This document shows positions 35,643 through 48,773 of a stretch of DNA of 64,000 nt, piece after piece. Position 1 is the stretch's first letter, and every line of letters starts with the position of its first letter. The notes beneath the pieces were generated by a model. The model worked only from the letters and a program-made list of their open reading frames with translations. It had not been told where the DNA came from and did not search any database. The stretch is taken from NCBI GenBank assembly GCA_001949185.1, contig BDGG01000003.1, positions 701,197 through 765,196 of the forward strand, written 5' to 3'. The position numbers were made by a program, and so were the translations under genes. This DNA is from Ramazzottius varieornatus. Lineage: Eukaryota; Animalia; Tardigrada.

Positions 35643-38421
35643 CTAAACTTGGCCAGAAACCGGCACGTCGTCGTACGGAATTCCCTCCGCCTTCGACCAG
35701 TCCTTCTGTTCCTTCTCGTCATACTGGTCATCATCTTCTTCCACGACGTCATCTTCGTCGAAGTCATGCAAGTTACAGTACTGGTTCATGGCCAAGTATT
35801 CCTTGTTTTCCTCGTTGAACTCGTTGTACGGTTGGTCCAGTTGTAAGTAGTGGTAGAGCGTGGTGGGCGAGAGGAGGTCTTCCAGGGCGGACTTGAGCTG
35901 GCGGAACCGCTTGCGTCGTCTCGGCAGGGCTTCCCAGCAGGGTTTCACCACTTTCGTGTAAACGTTCTTGGGCATGAAGGAATGTTCGCGGTCCGGTACA
36001 GCGCCTAAGGCAAAAATCTCATAGAGAAGCACACCGAAAGCCCAGACGTCGCTGCGTTCGGAAAACTTCTGGTCGTGAAGGACTTCCGGTGCAAGTGTCC
36101 ACTCTTGAAAGTCTTCAGGTGCTTGTTGCACCTTCAACACAAACTCGCCACGGCTGCTGATCAACGAAGTGCTGGAATTGCCGTCACTTCCTTTGCCTTC
36201 AGTTTGGTGTAGTCTCAGCCCGATGTCCGAAATTTTCAAGATGTTGTTGACCCCCACGTAGATACCCTGGCCTTTCAGGGACCCATGTACGATCCGTCGG
36301 GAAGCCAGATAGGCCATACCGCGAACCACTTGGTAAGCGAAGTCCATCAGGTTATGAGTGTTCAGGCTCTGCGGCCGATCGTCCGAGAACAAGTGATGGA
36401 TGGAGGCGTAACGCGCTCGGGCTCTTGACCGCTGAAGCGGGCAGTTGGCCGGAGAGGGAACGTAGTTACCGAAGGCGTCTAGGATGCTTTCGTATTGGGA
36501 GTCTTCGAGGTTGGTCTTGTTGCGGTATCGGCTGAGAAAGTTACTCAACGTTCCGTTGGGACAGTGCTCCAGAATTAATATCGGTCGAGCTGAAATATAC
36601 GAAGCAACTCGGTGAAGTGACGGTAGTCTCATGGAATGCGCCAACGCGTCTAGAAATAAGTGGACTTTTTCCAAGGAATTTTCTTACATAGGACGACAAC
36701 TCCAAGCAGGTTATCGATGTTTAAGTGTCGTCCAACGGAGAGAAGAATGTTCAGTTGTTCAATCAGGCAAGCTTTCGCTTCCTTGTTGTCTTTGTCGGTC
36801 AGGGTCTTGACCACCACATTCGTTGAACCAGTGGCGTCGGTCCATCCCTTGATCGTTGCTTCTCGTATACAGATGCCATCCTCTTCGTTCAACGGTGGTT
36901 TCTTCGCTGCAACCCAACCACCGCTCTGGTAAGTGGGAGCCGTACGTAATGGCTCTTACCGAAAGTACAGTCATGGTCATATTAGTATTCTCATCATCCG
37001 CCCTGGTGTTTATCTGCACGCTCGTATTTCTCAGAACCGCACTCCGCTTCCAGTGATTCGAACAACGACATGTAGAAGATACTTTATACATTCAAAACAC
37101 GTGACTGCTTTCATTAGAAGCTTCAGTCAATTAAACGGCAAGAGTGGGTGGTTCGGACAAAGCAATATGTTTTTGACCGACGCTCGCCCGGCACGTGACA
37201 ATATCATGGTAGAACCTGGATGGCTATGATGCCAGAGCAGTTATAGCAAAAGATCCGTCCAAATTTTTCAGATGGCTTCTTCGCGCCAGTTTACGACATA
37301 TTTTTCGGGTAAATAACTTTCACTTCGAGTATCTTCGATGTTCTGGTCCAATTTTTGTAAAATTATAAGCGTCACCAGATAACACTAAGGTTGCTATCTA
37401 GAATGATCATAGTTTTGTGGTACGAGGTGAACGTCCTAACTTTTCCAGCGCTTACAACTTTGCTAGCTTACGTCACGAGAAATTTGGGGGCACTTTAAGC
37501 TTGTGACGTAAGCATGACGTATGCTAGCAAAGTTGTATGCGCTGGCAAAGTTAGGACCTTTTCCTCGTACAGAACTAAAGATAGTCGAGAAGTTAAAAAG
37601 TTACTTGAATTGTCCGCAAATGTCGTGTGCAAAACTCATATGCAAATTTCGTTCGGATTTTTTGCTGCAGAGCTGTTCTAATGTAATGTTTAGAGCGATG
37701 TTGTTTTCTATTTTGGCCATTTAAGTCTGCCATGAGCCTGTCACGTGTCGGGAGAGTGGCGGCAAAAAATAGCCCATATTTCCTGGTCCGATTCACTCAG
37801 TGTTACCGGTTGGTTGGCTAAAGCGGTCACGTGAAAGTTAGTCACGTGATCCGAATGTATAAAGTGCCTTCTACATGTTGCTGTTTAAATTATGGAAATC
37901 AGTGGACGGCTCCAGGAGATACAAGCGTGCAAATAAATCCATGGCTGACGGTGAAATATGACCGTGACCGTATAGCCTATTGGGGCAGGTGGCGCCACGG
38001 GCCCACATACATATCTTAAGGTTTTGCAGTGGAATACGAATCGACAGAAGGTAATCCTGGACAGTGGTGCGATGCATTGTAGGTACCATCTTCAGCAACA
38101 CCGCGGCATGTTTCTCTTTTCCCACTTTGAAGCCGCATGATCGGAAGAGCCAATTGAATATCTTGGGCTAAAAATAAACAAATTAGGGCTACTTCACCCG
38201 TTGGGAAAGCCTGCAGTAAGCAGATCATTGAGAATTATTAATATTTCATGATAATCACATATTACCTTCTTGACGGCAAGAACCCACAAAATCAGTCCGG
38301 TAATAACGGCCAGAGCAAGGCAAACGCTAATTGCCGTATTGGCCGCGATGGTCCTGGAAGAGTAGTCGTCGGTCAGTCGGATAGCTTTGGTGGCAAATTC
38401 AATGCTTGCCCTTGTTACATC
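35643..38421 (-). CDS. Single-pass receptor tyrosine kinase-like pseudokinase (5' exons unresolved)
   Basis: TM exon (AISVCLALAVITGLILWVLAVKK), IPLQNLKI, VVVKTL, HLNIDNLLG, kinase insert, GMAYLAS, HGSL, KISDIG, APE, SDVWAFGVLLYEIF, acidic tail. Confidence 0.85.
36968..37970. mobile_element. Non-autonomous TA-flanked element with ~140-bp imperfect TIRs in the RTK intron
   Basis: TA-CAGTCATGGTCATATT ... AATATGACCGTGACCG-TA; the arms align through ...TTTATACATTC...CACGTGAC. Confidence 0.8.
37423..37567. mobile_element. Mariner-like MITE nested in the previous element
   Basis: TA-CGAGG...CCTCG-TA with ~55-bp inverted arms. Confidence 0.85.
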
Positions 38422-39660
38422 TGCAGAGAAAGTTACATTTTGCTACGCAGTCCAGTTCTTACATCAAACGATGGCACTAAAACTTTGAAATGGAATACCA
38501 GGATGACTTACTGGTCGAAACGGAGTGATTGCTGAGATCCACATAGTCTCCCTCTTCCTTGCCGTTCTCTTCCTCCTCCTGCTGTTGTTTGGCTATGTGT
38601 CTTGATAGGCCAGTCTCATTATTGACCACCATTCTTGGACAGTATGATCAAAGCAAAAGTGTGGCGATGTAAAATGGCGATCTATCAGTCCATGGTAATA
38701 CAGTGCTGTGAAGAATCGATGTCTCGTGACCAAACTTGTCGAGAAAGAATAGACATTGCATTGACTGGTAACTTGCAGAGCCTCTGACACAAATTTATTC
38801 AGAATTCAACAGTTGAATGCCATTCAACACAATGCCCGTACCAGTTTGGACGGGTCGCGCATGTGCCAGAAGAAGCACAATGTTTCTGCAAATGTTTAGT
38901 GTATAACGTATACCCACCTTCTGCACAAAAGTACTGAAGGCCGTATGCATGGAATGAACATTTCTGATAGTAAGGAAACTTGAGACCAGTGTGTGTAAGA
39001 GCGCACTGAACAAAATGCTGTGGTCGTGAAGAGAAACTAATTATGCATTGATCGGAGAACGCCATGCCGGAAGGTATCGGCTGTTTGTCTCTGCAAGTTG
39101 CTTTGCTGCAGTGTATGTTCCGGCATCACGAAAACCTCGCCGAAGACACCCACGAACTTACGGTTTGGAAGGCCAACTTCTTCGAGAGGAGCGCAGGTGA
39201 AGCGATGGCTATGCCGGGGTGCCTAACTATAAGTCCTTGGACTGTTCATGGCCATTCGGTCCATGGACCGATTGATCAAATGTGCGAGATAGCGGTAAGA
39301 AATTACACAAATTGCTAACGCCAGACGGAGCAGATCGGGATGTGCCATTAAAGTTTCATCCCACACGCTGTTTCGACAAGTATTTCAATAATAAATATCC
39401 GCAAGGGTGGATTCCTATATCACTTAATCCACCATAGTTCCCGCGAAGACAGAGCACTTGAGATACGGTAAATCTAGAGGTATTGCTGGAGAGCTTTACA
39501 AGTCCATCCATATAGGACTGTGGCGCTCCAGGGCGAAGTACCCAGCAAGAGAAAGAGAGAAAGGATGGGACACATTCATTAAGGCAACATATGGGACCGA
39601 AATAAGGCAACCAGCGAACATTATTGATTAATCTTCCCGTCGTCTTTCTACATCATCACG

Positions 39661-41065
39661 TCAAATCGACTCTTGAATGCGGCTGACTTTCCAGCGGCAG
39701 ATAGTGACGAGTCTGATCAAGGCGAGGATCGTCATGACGGACAGTCCGATGTGCAGAGCGATGATGCCCGGACTTTCCTTGATGACCATCCAGGTCGCCC
39801 CAATGGTTCCACCCGTAGCCAAGGCGAAGAAGAAGACCACACAAGAGAATACTAAGAGTTGACGACGACGGAAATCCGGTCCGACGCACGAGACTTTGCT
39901 GCAGTGCGGACATTTGGCCAACGAGTTGTGGATAAGGTTAAAGAGGAACTCTTGATCACAGTGCGCGCAAGAAACACGAACCGTCCCCGGGGAGGCATTC
40001 CGTGTTTGATTGCGCCGAAAATCACCGCAATTAATCGTAATTACCCGCTTGCTACAAGAGACAAGTTACAATTACACTAATACTCCGTTACTCCTGGGAG
40101 CTCAATGTAACGCCCTGGTTGGTATCTTCCCCAGTCAAGTCGCGCGTTTGATGTGTAGCGCATTTCGGAGTGCGCTAGATAGAAATAATACCAACAAAAG
40201 AAAAATCTAGCAACACCGTGTTCACTCTTGTGATCTGGGTTCTCTTTGATGTCAAAGTTTTGTATTCAGATTACGTCCACGCAGGAAGAACCAATGTTTC
40301 GGACACTGTCTTCCTGTTTCCTGTGCGCCGCTTGACGAAGGCGTCTGCGCGTCTCTTCTTGATCGATTTTCAAGGTGCTACAAACGAGCTTACCAGTTGG
40401 GTCGAGGACAGGCAATCTTTTGACACGATTCCTGACAAATCAGCAAACATTGACAAGGACATCGCACGTACTTTTCTCCCACAGGTGCATTCCGGATGGG
40501 CTGCGAAAGCAAACAACAGTATAATTGATCCACCAGCTTTTAGCTTGATATAGCACAGTGTTACTTTTGCCGTGTTCCAAACAAGTCCCAAAAAAATTTC
40601 AAGGCGTGCAGCGTTTCCTACGAATTTTAGCTATAGTAGACCAGTTGGCCGGCGCGATGTTCTCCACTTCACGCTTCATTAGCACGCTGACGTTAACAGA
40701 TAATGCGCTGATGGAGACAGGCACCCGCGTAATAATCTGATTAATAAGCTGCGGGATCTTCGTGGGGTGGATGAGGAAAGATTAGATCCCGGTTTAGCTC
40801 CCTCACGCTTGTCGATCCGATTAAGACTAATAGGACTTACCGTGGCTTCGTTGCACTTTGGGCACTTGACGACGAAGCCTTCTTCATCGGCCAGGATGAT
40901 TTCATTCTGGCAGACGCGACAAGTGACGGCCAAGACGGTGTCGTCCTCGTGGAGCTCTTCCTCGAGTAGCGCCGCCAAGTTGAAGCCATTGGGAAGAAGA
41001 TGGCCATTAGCGTCAGGCTTGATGCTACTTGCGCGGCGAGTGATTTGTACAGGCTGTTCATCCAT
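39661..41065 (-). CDS. TMEM55: TMEM55/PIP4P (PI(4,5)P2 4-phosphatase family), 3 exons
   Basis: [18 protein letters not shown]|[20 protein letters not shown]...IACPRPNC|[18 protein letters not shown], two C-terminal TM helices. Confidence 0.93.
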
Positions 41066-42329
41066 TCAGTCGGTGTAGAAACAAAGCACGACCATTTGTC
41101 TGGAACCGGCAATTGATTACCGCTCACGTTTACGATCAGGGCGATCCGCATAATATTGTCAGGCATCCCATTAGACGTATGAATATTGCAAGAGGGTGAA
41201 GAGATTACGGAGGGTTTCTAGAAAGTAAAGCGTTCGGAGGAGGATAACGGGAATGTGATGAATGAGGAGATGCCAAGCTGCTTCCGAATGTGCATCAGAT
41301 ACAATAACGGCGCACTTCGTTCCAGCACTTATTTCCTCGCCGTGACAGGCACAAGAATTGGTGTCTGGGAGCCGCCTCGCGTGATAGATATGCGCAGGAC
41401 TGGCAGCAACGTTAACCCTTGGAACTCCGAACAATCCATATTATCGGGAGGATAGAAAAACTGTGCGCGCGAACGAAGCCTCGACCGGCACTATCGGCTT
41501 TTTCGATTATGGATGAATAATGGGCGCTATCTGTACGGAGGAAACTTTCCTCTGTAGCCAACCGTATTGCGCACGTACATCTGTGCCGAAGAAGCGTCTA
41601 CGTATGGTACAATGTGCAGTCAACCGGAGTTCCTGCAGGGAGAAGAATCCAGACTGGCTTGACGTGCCACCATTCATTCAGGGTGCGCGTGTGCCAGCGC
41701 TGGAAAGCCCCACCGGAAATCTACGAAAAAAATACAGGAAAATAATTAGACTTGTATAGCGCTCCATTGACATTACCTTCCTTCAACTCGACGACTGAGT
41801 ACCTTTGTGTAGTTTGGACGGGTGGAGTGCTCGATACGACGTGCGATGCAAACACTGTCGGGTTTAAATAAAAATCTGCTGTATGAGGGTAATTCCCTCG
41901 CAGGATAACGCGCTGGGTCCCGGTATGACAGAGACCGGAGCGAGCCGATCCATAATGTTGCACAATCGATAAAATCCTTGTTTCGTTCATTTTTCAATGG
42001 GCTGTTAACTTACCGTCAGTGTACACTTTCTCCCCTCCGGGACCCGGCTTTGAAAATGATAATCTGAACGCATGTCCGAGTTAACGTTGGGTCTCCGAAC
42101 CAAACGGCGCGCACAATGCGAAGATGTCAGCGGCTATCGTCGAAACAGCTCGGGAAGTTGCGTACCTGCTGCTTGGCGCGGTTTTTCATGAATACTTTGA
42201 ACGAAGTAAGTCAAACATCGGGTAACGTAATTTACATAATTATTGACACGAACAAAATTATTGCCAGCGGAGCGAAAGCGGCAGTGTTTCGATTGATTTT
42301 TTTGATTGGTCAGCTGCAACTGGCCCGTA

Positions 42330-42535
42330 CTGTATTCCCTCGATAGTTCTGCAAACAAGTCATCATGCCAGTAAAGTACACCCGCACTGGTTTCCCTGAT
42401 TGTTTGATTGTCGCCCATCATTACACTTGGCTGGGAAGCAGTCTTTGATTGAAGGTATGGATACTTTCTGTTCCCCCGCCGGATGATATTTACCACGACA
42501 GTCACGTGATTCGCAGAACTTTCGAGGGAATACAG
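42330..42535. mobile_element. pogo-related MITE
   Basis: TIR CTGTATTCCCTCGA(T/A)AGTTCTGC with TA flanks; similar to the TIRs of 201-1838. Confidence 0.85.
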
Positions 42536-42633
42536 TACCTCTTGCAGGCCGCTGCCAACAATTTTATCTATGCCAATGATGAATCAAGCTTTATTCAAGT
42601 TTGCACAGCCCAACAGCCTTGGGTTGTTACATG

Positions 42634-43611
42634 TAATGATGAGCATTACAAGCTGACGGCTCGTGTAATGTAAAATGTAATGTAAAACAGTGTAATTACA
42701 AAAAGTGTAATTACATTTTACACTTGTTTACATTTTACAACCCCGAAAGAACGGAACCTGTAAACCAAGTGTAAACTATCAAATGACCCCTCCAAGTTAG
42801 CTAAATCAAAGCCGCTACAGATGTGGAAAGAAACGTAATCTCTCGTATACAGTAAACCTATTAACACTATCTTCAATCTTCACTGGTTCAAACAACTACT
42901 TGACAACAAATAAATCTGCTAAGGTGAAAAACTTTCCGGTCAGAGACACGTCATCTTCGAGCTCCTCACTGCTTGGCATGTCATTGTCGTCTTGACCGAA
43001 CAAATCATCAAGGATTGCCATTTGACTTTCCAGCTCCATTAGATCGGTTTCACCGCCACCTGGAAAAGTAATATTCTAAAGTACCGATGTCAAAATAGTA
43101 ATGTCGAAGTAAATTGAATAGAATCCCTATGTCGACCACATAGAAGTCCAGTTACGTTTTGTGTCTTGCTGTTCATCGGTCTCCTCGTCGCTCTCCTCGC
43201 TTTCAGACATCGTGTATGCAAACAGAGGTTCGTAGTCAAGCTCAAAGTACGCTAGTGTCAGATTAGATTGAACGGAGTAAGAATGATAAGGCCGAAAGCA
43301 GCTGCGTATATTTCGTACTGCGGCAGTGTAAACCAGACTGTGTCATCATGTCCACTGATGTAAAGCTTCTCTCAGATCGACAATCACTCAATCAATGGTT
43401 TCCCTCAACCCGTGTTCAATTAACACGGCTTTTAATCAGTTAATGGCGATTTGAACGGATATTTCGGTTTTATACTCGCGTGTAATTCCAAGTGTAATTA
43501 CACTTTTACAGTTGTATTTTACACTACAACTTTCCGAAGATTGTAATGTAATGTAAAAGTGTAAATGTAATGTAAAATGTAATGTAATGTAAAGTGTAAT
43601 GCTCATCATTA
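42634..43611 (-). mobile_element. Non-autonomous hAT element
   Basis: 17-bp TIR TAATGATGAGCATTACA, perfect 8-bp TSD GTTACATG, TGTAA subterminal repeats, internal spliced acidic ORF remnant (~42900-43210). Confidence 0.92.
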
Positions 43612-43825
43612 GTTACATGAACACTGTAAGCAAGGATCAATTAATCAAGCATTCGAAAGCAAAACATTTAGGTTCGAAACTAAATTTCATAGAAAGCAGC
43701 TCAACGAGAAAGATATTTCAACCAGGCTTGAACGGAGAATCCACAACACATCGAAGGTAACAACATCAGACTCCCAAGATCACAACTACGAACAGGTACA
43801 CCAAATCAGGAAAAATTTCCCTTCT

Positions 43826-44190
43826 GAGGGGGTGAACTCGGAATCCATCGTGAGAAGGTGTCCGGACATGGCTGGATTTAACATGCTAGGCAGTAAGTAG
43901 CTACCTCTCTGCAGTAGGTATCCCGGCTTCCGTAAGGACCCGATCCCTTGAGAAATCTTTCCATGATGGCAACCAATCAATCGAAGGACACCGCAGTCTA
44001 AATATCGCAGGAACACAGGCAACTCGGCAGCACAGAATTGAACAACTACAGCAACGCTTCAGATTTCCGTACTCCACAATTACAAATCACATCACATAAA
44101 ACAATTCCATATGAGGGGGTAATCTGAGACTCCATCATGAGACGGTACCCGGTCGAGGCTCAATTTAGCATGCTAGGCAGTTAGTGTCCC
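43826..44190 (+). repeat. Diverged ~80-bp direct repeat pair
   Basis: TGAGGGGGT...TCCATC.TGAGA.GGT..CCGG...ATTTA.CATGCTAGGCAGT at ~43826 and ~44112. Confidence 0.65.
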
Positions 44191-45210
44191 TACTGCTGCA
44201 TGCAACAATCAAGCGACCGAAGACCGCTGGTCATTCCGATGCATCCGTCCGACGCTGTGCCCGTTCCACCGCATCCCAGCTGACGAGCCCGATCTTTCCA
44301 TCCTCCAACAGTCCGCAACTCTAGACGTTCCGTAATTACGTAATTTCGGCCAACGGCCACATCAGCCCCTGGCGGAGTCAGTTCGAGCTAGCCTCCGGCA
44401 CTTACAGGGAAACGGATGACTATTCCGGCCCTCGGATAGGCCAGAATACTATCTCCTTTCAGTCTAGGATAGTCAGAAACAGTAAAAAGAGCAAAAGGCA
44501 TCCATGGTGACTAAATCTTCGGAAAAAAATCTCGTGTACCACGAGCGAGAGCAGCATTTGAAAATTCTGAAATCGATTTGGTGGACGCCATTGTTCTGAA
44601 ACCGTCCAATGTACGGTCTTCCAGAGGCTGACATCACGCCTGATAGTACGGCGAAAGATGCGTCATCGGTCATCCAGCCCCTGTAGGCCACTTTCCACCT
44701 ACACGGTAGAGCGTGGTGAGTTGGACTTTGACCTACCCGTCGCTGGCGTACTAACCACGTGCTGCTCACAGGGCTTTCTCCCTCCTGTGCCACGTTTACC
44801 CAACGTACCCAGAACAGGCCTGCCATCCGCGGTCATCAACAATCAATCATTGGCAGGCCTATGCTAGCTCCGGGTACATCCATGCTGATTTAGGTGCAAC
44901 TGACTTACTCACGAGTTACGAATGAAACCCGACGCATCTGAACAGAACTAGCTGTACGATTGCAATACGCCAAGCAACCGAATGGGCTGATTTCATTCCA
45001 TTGCAATTCTAGTCCGTTTGTTTACCATTTTTCAAATTAGAAACAATTTTCCCTCTTTAGTCTTTGCTGCTGTACTATTTCGATCACATAATACCTGTGT
45101 TTTCATCTTGAACAGATAATCCCCTGATGTAAGTTGGTTGGTGTTCCTCGAGTTGACTGGCGGAGTGGCGGATTTATTGATCAGCTTGAAATCGTTCCAT
45201 TTTTGTCTAA

Positions 45211-46100
<890 letters not shown>

Positions 46101-46654
46101 GCAGCTGTTGAAACACCACAAAGAACCTCCATTAAAGGCGGAAGATTGTCACGGACGTCGGAAAGGTTGAAGCTTACTTTTCAGTCGATTCTCATACATA
46201 CTTGTCTAATAAACTAGAGAAAATCCTTCATTTAGATGTAGACTTCTGTAGTTTGGTCGAAGAAATATGAAAGGCTGGCGTTGAGATGCTCCGTACAGAA
46301 TTTTAGTTGAAACTATAAGCTGGACGCTTAAACTTTTCCCCATTTTTTCACCAACATTTGATGTCACAATCTCATCAAGCAGTGGTTGTTGTCTTCATGT
46401 GACTTGTTGAAATTCCAGCTTGCGATTTTATCCTCACATTTATTGCTTTAGGGAATAAATAGCCAGAAACATCACCCAGGCTAGCCTCGCAATAAATCTG
46501 CTGGAACTTGGTGGATTCATCATCTTCAGCCTTGGCCGTATCCAGTACCACAATCATTCATTGTCAATCAGTTCTAGGGAAAGCACTGCTCGAGCAAAAG
46601 AGAAAGATCAATAAAATCCTCTAGACACAATGGCTTTGGCTTTCCATCATCACG

Positions 46655-47800
46655 TCAGTCTGGCCCAAGATCAAACTGCGAAAATACTGCTTTGATGGCG
46701 CGGACATATTGTGCAGGAACCCAGTAAAGCCTACAACGAAAAGTTATACTCAGTACAAAATTAATATCAATTACTAGGAAAACCTATCTGGGGTGTTTAC
46801 AGATGAAATGAATCCGATCATTTTCCCAAGTGGCGCATTCTATTAGCCACCAGCAATGGGAACATGCGCCACTTGTGCCAACGGTCTGGTTGGTATTCGT
46901 TTGCCCCCGTCCCGTTTGACAAAATTCTCACCAGTATAACGAAGCTTCTGTCGGGCCCATTTGCAATCCCATAACTGCAGAGAAGTGTCCGAATAATATT
47001 CCCAGATATCACAGAAGAGGCAGAAGAATCGGAAGACTTACTGTGGTATTCTTCGTGCCCAACGATGGGTTCGCTAACGACTTTCCGAATTTGACCCAAC
47101 GATACTTTCTGTGTTCGTTCTTTGGTGCCAATCCACACTTGATCCGCTTCGAGCTTGAATGTCAGCCTCACAGCATGTCCTTGTTTCGTCAGCATTCCCG
47201 AGATGGGGATCGGAGGGAGAGGATCGTGCTCGTTGAGAATACCGGGCATGGCGTCGGGTGGAATACCCTGACTGAGCACTTTCTGATGCATCGTCGCTTC
47301 GGACAGCTTCTCCTTCTTGGTCGGACTGAATTCTTGAAGGTCTTTCAACGTCGAAGCATCGGGCTTCGACTGGACTGCCTTCACTTCTTGAAGCGAGGAA
47401 CCGACCATCATAAACTTCGAGCCTGACTTCGCTCCAAGCTCCACCAACGTCTGCAAATTAAAAGGACTGTTAACATTGTGTCCGACACCCCTCCTCATTA
47501 TCAAACCGTGCTCAGCACCCTTACATGTCATAGAAGGCTGAGCCCAGTTCCCTAAAACAAATTCACCTTGTCATCGGGGCATGCTCCTCTGCTCCACATG
47601 AGCTTCTGCTTGTCCGCTGGTATTCCGGTGAGAAGATTAACCATTTCCTTCAGATCCCAGACGGTGCTATCGGATGAAATGACTATGTCGAGAGTTTGCT
47701 TGTTGTAGGTGACTTTGATCTCGATCGAGGGAGCGGCTGGTACGGGAGTCGAAGCCGATGCGTCGCTTTCCTTGGTAATTTCTCCATTTCCCGTGGCCAT
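46655..47800 (-). CDS. UBFD1: Ubiquitin domain-containing protein UBFD1
   Basis: N-terminal UBL, then HQKVL..G.PPD.MPG, VRLTFKLEADQVWIGTKERT, SEPI.GHEEYH, GPTEAS.YW.YWVP.QYV.AIK; an upstream exon is possible. Confidence 0.9.
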
Positions 47801-48773
47801 CTTGTCGGTTGTGGGGTCCACGAGTACGAGAAGAACTTTAGTACGGAAGAGCGAGCCGACAGGATATTTGTGTACTTACTGCTCTTATGCTTTTCCGGCG
47901 CAGAAGCCGTGATATCCCCGTTTTCCTCCATGCCTAGCTTATGAGTCGTTTGTCCGTTCTTGCACACCTGTTAAAACCACCCAGTTGACAGTTCATGCTG
48001 GGAACCTGAAGGGTGAAGCGCACTTACCTCGAGCAGATCCTACCTCAAACGTCCGACGGAACAGCTGATCGGCATGAGGATTCTAAAAGACTTAAGAGTT
48101 TAGGGTTGAGAGTTGAGAGTTGAGAGTTGGAGTTTGTCAAACTCGTTTGAAAGCAGAAAGACGTACCACGGTACCAGAGGGAATCTGGGGGATCCGGAAT
48201 CCCCCTCTGGCCTCTGCAGTCTGGACGTAAGTACGTGGGCGGAGACGCAGTACGGCGCGCCATATCTGCTAGAATACACAGGGTTTCCTCCAAGTGGCTA
48301 CCACCTGGAACACTGGCACAGAAAAAAATTCAGATTGTTGGTTTTCGTCTCTCGCCTCTTCAGACAATTCATGCAACTTCCTTACGCTTCTTTCGTTGAG
48401 ACATAGCTCATTCGCATACATTGGGTCTTAGGTTGGAAAATTTGATTAGAAAGACTTCCGGTGGGGAAGACTCTACACCACGAACAAAACCGAGTCTCTG
48501 AAATTCTATATGTAAGTACTCATACTCAGTTTGATTTTAACGGATTCACAACTATATGGGTTTTCATCGAAAACTGGACAATCTCGCTCGAATACCATAC
48601 ACGATCTTGCAAATTTCGAATATGCGATATGGAAACCCAAGAAGCCATTGGAACAGGGGAATGATGGTCAAATACGAAAACTGTTAAATAATTCTGTTCT
48701 ACGCGAGGAAAAGTTTACTGTACGAAGAAGCATGCTACCGCGTGAAAGACTCCGCTGAGGAAAACAGGCGCAA

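Noticed and set aside
36925-38010. Whole RTK intron as an introner (GTATGTGGG...CCCACTTAC ends)
   Set aside because: The in-frame acceptor is at 36907, not next to the inverted motif; there is no TSD; the true element ends are internal (36968-37970).
48101-48135. Short GTTGAGA tandem repeat
   Set aside because: Ordinary microsatellite with no further structure.
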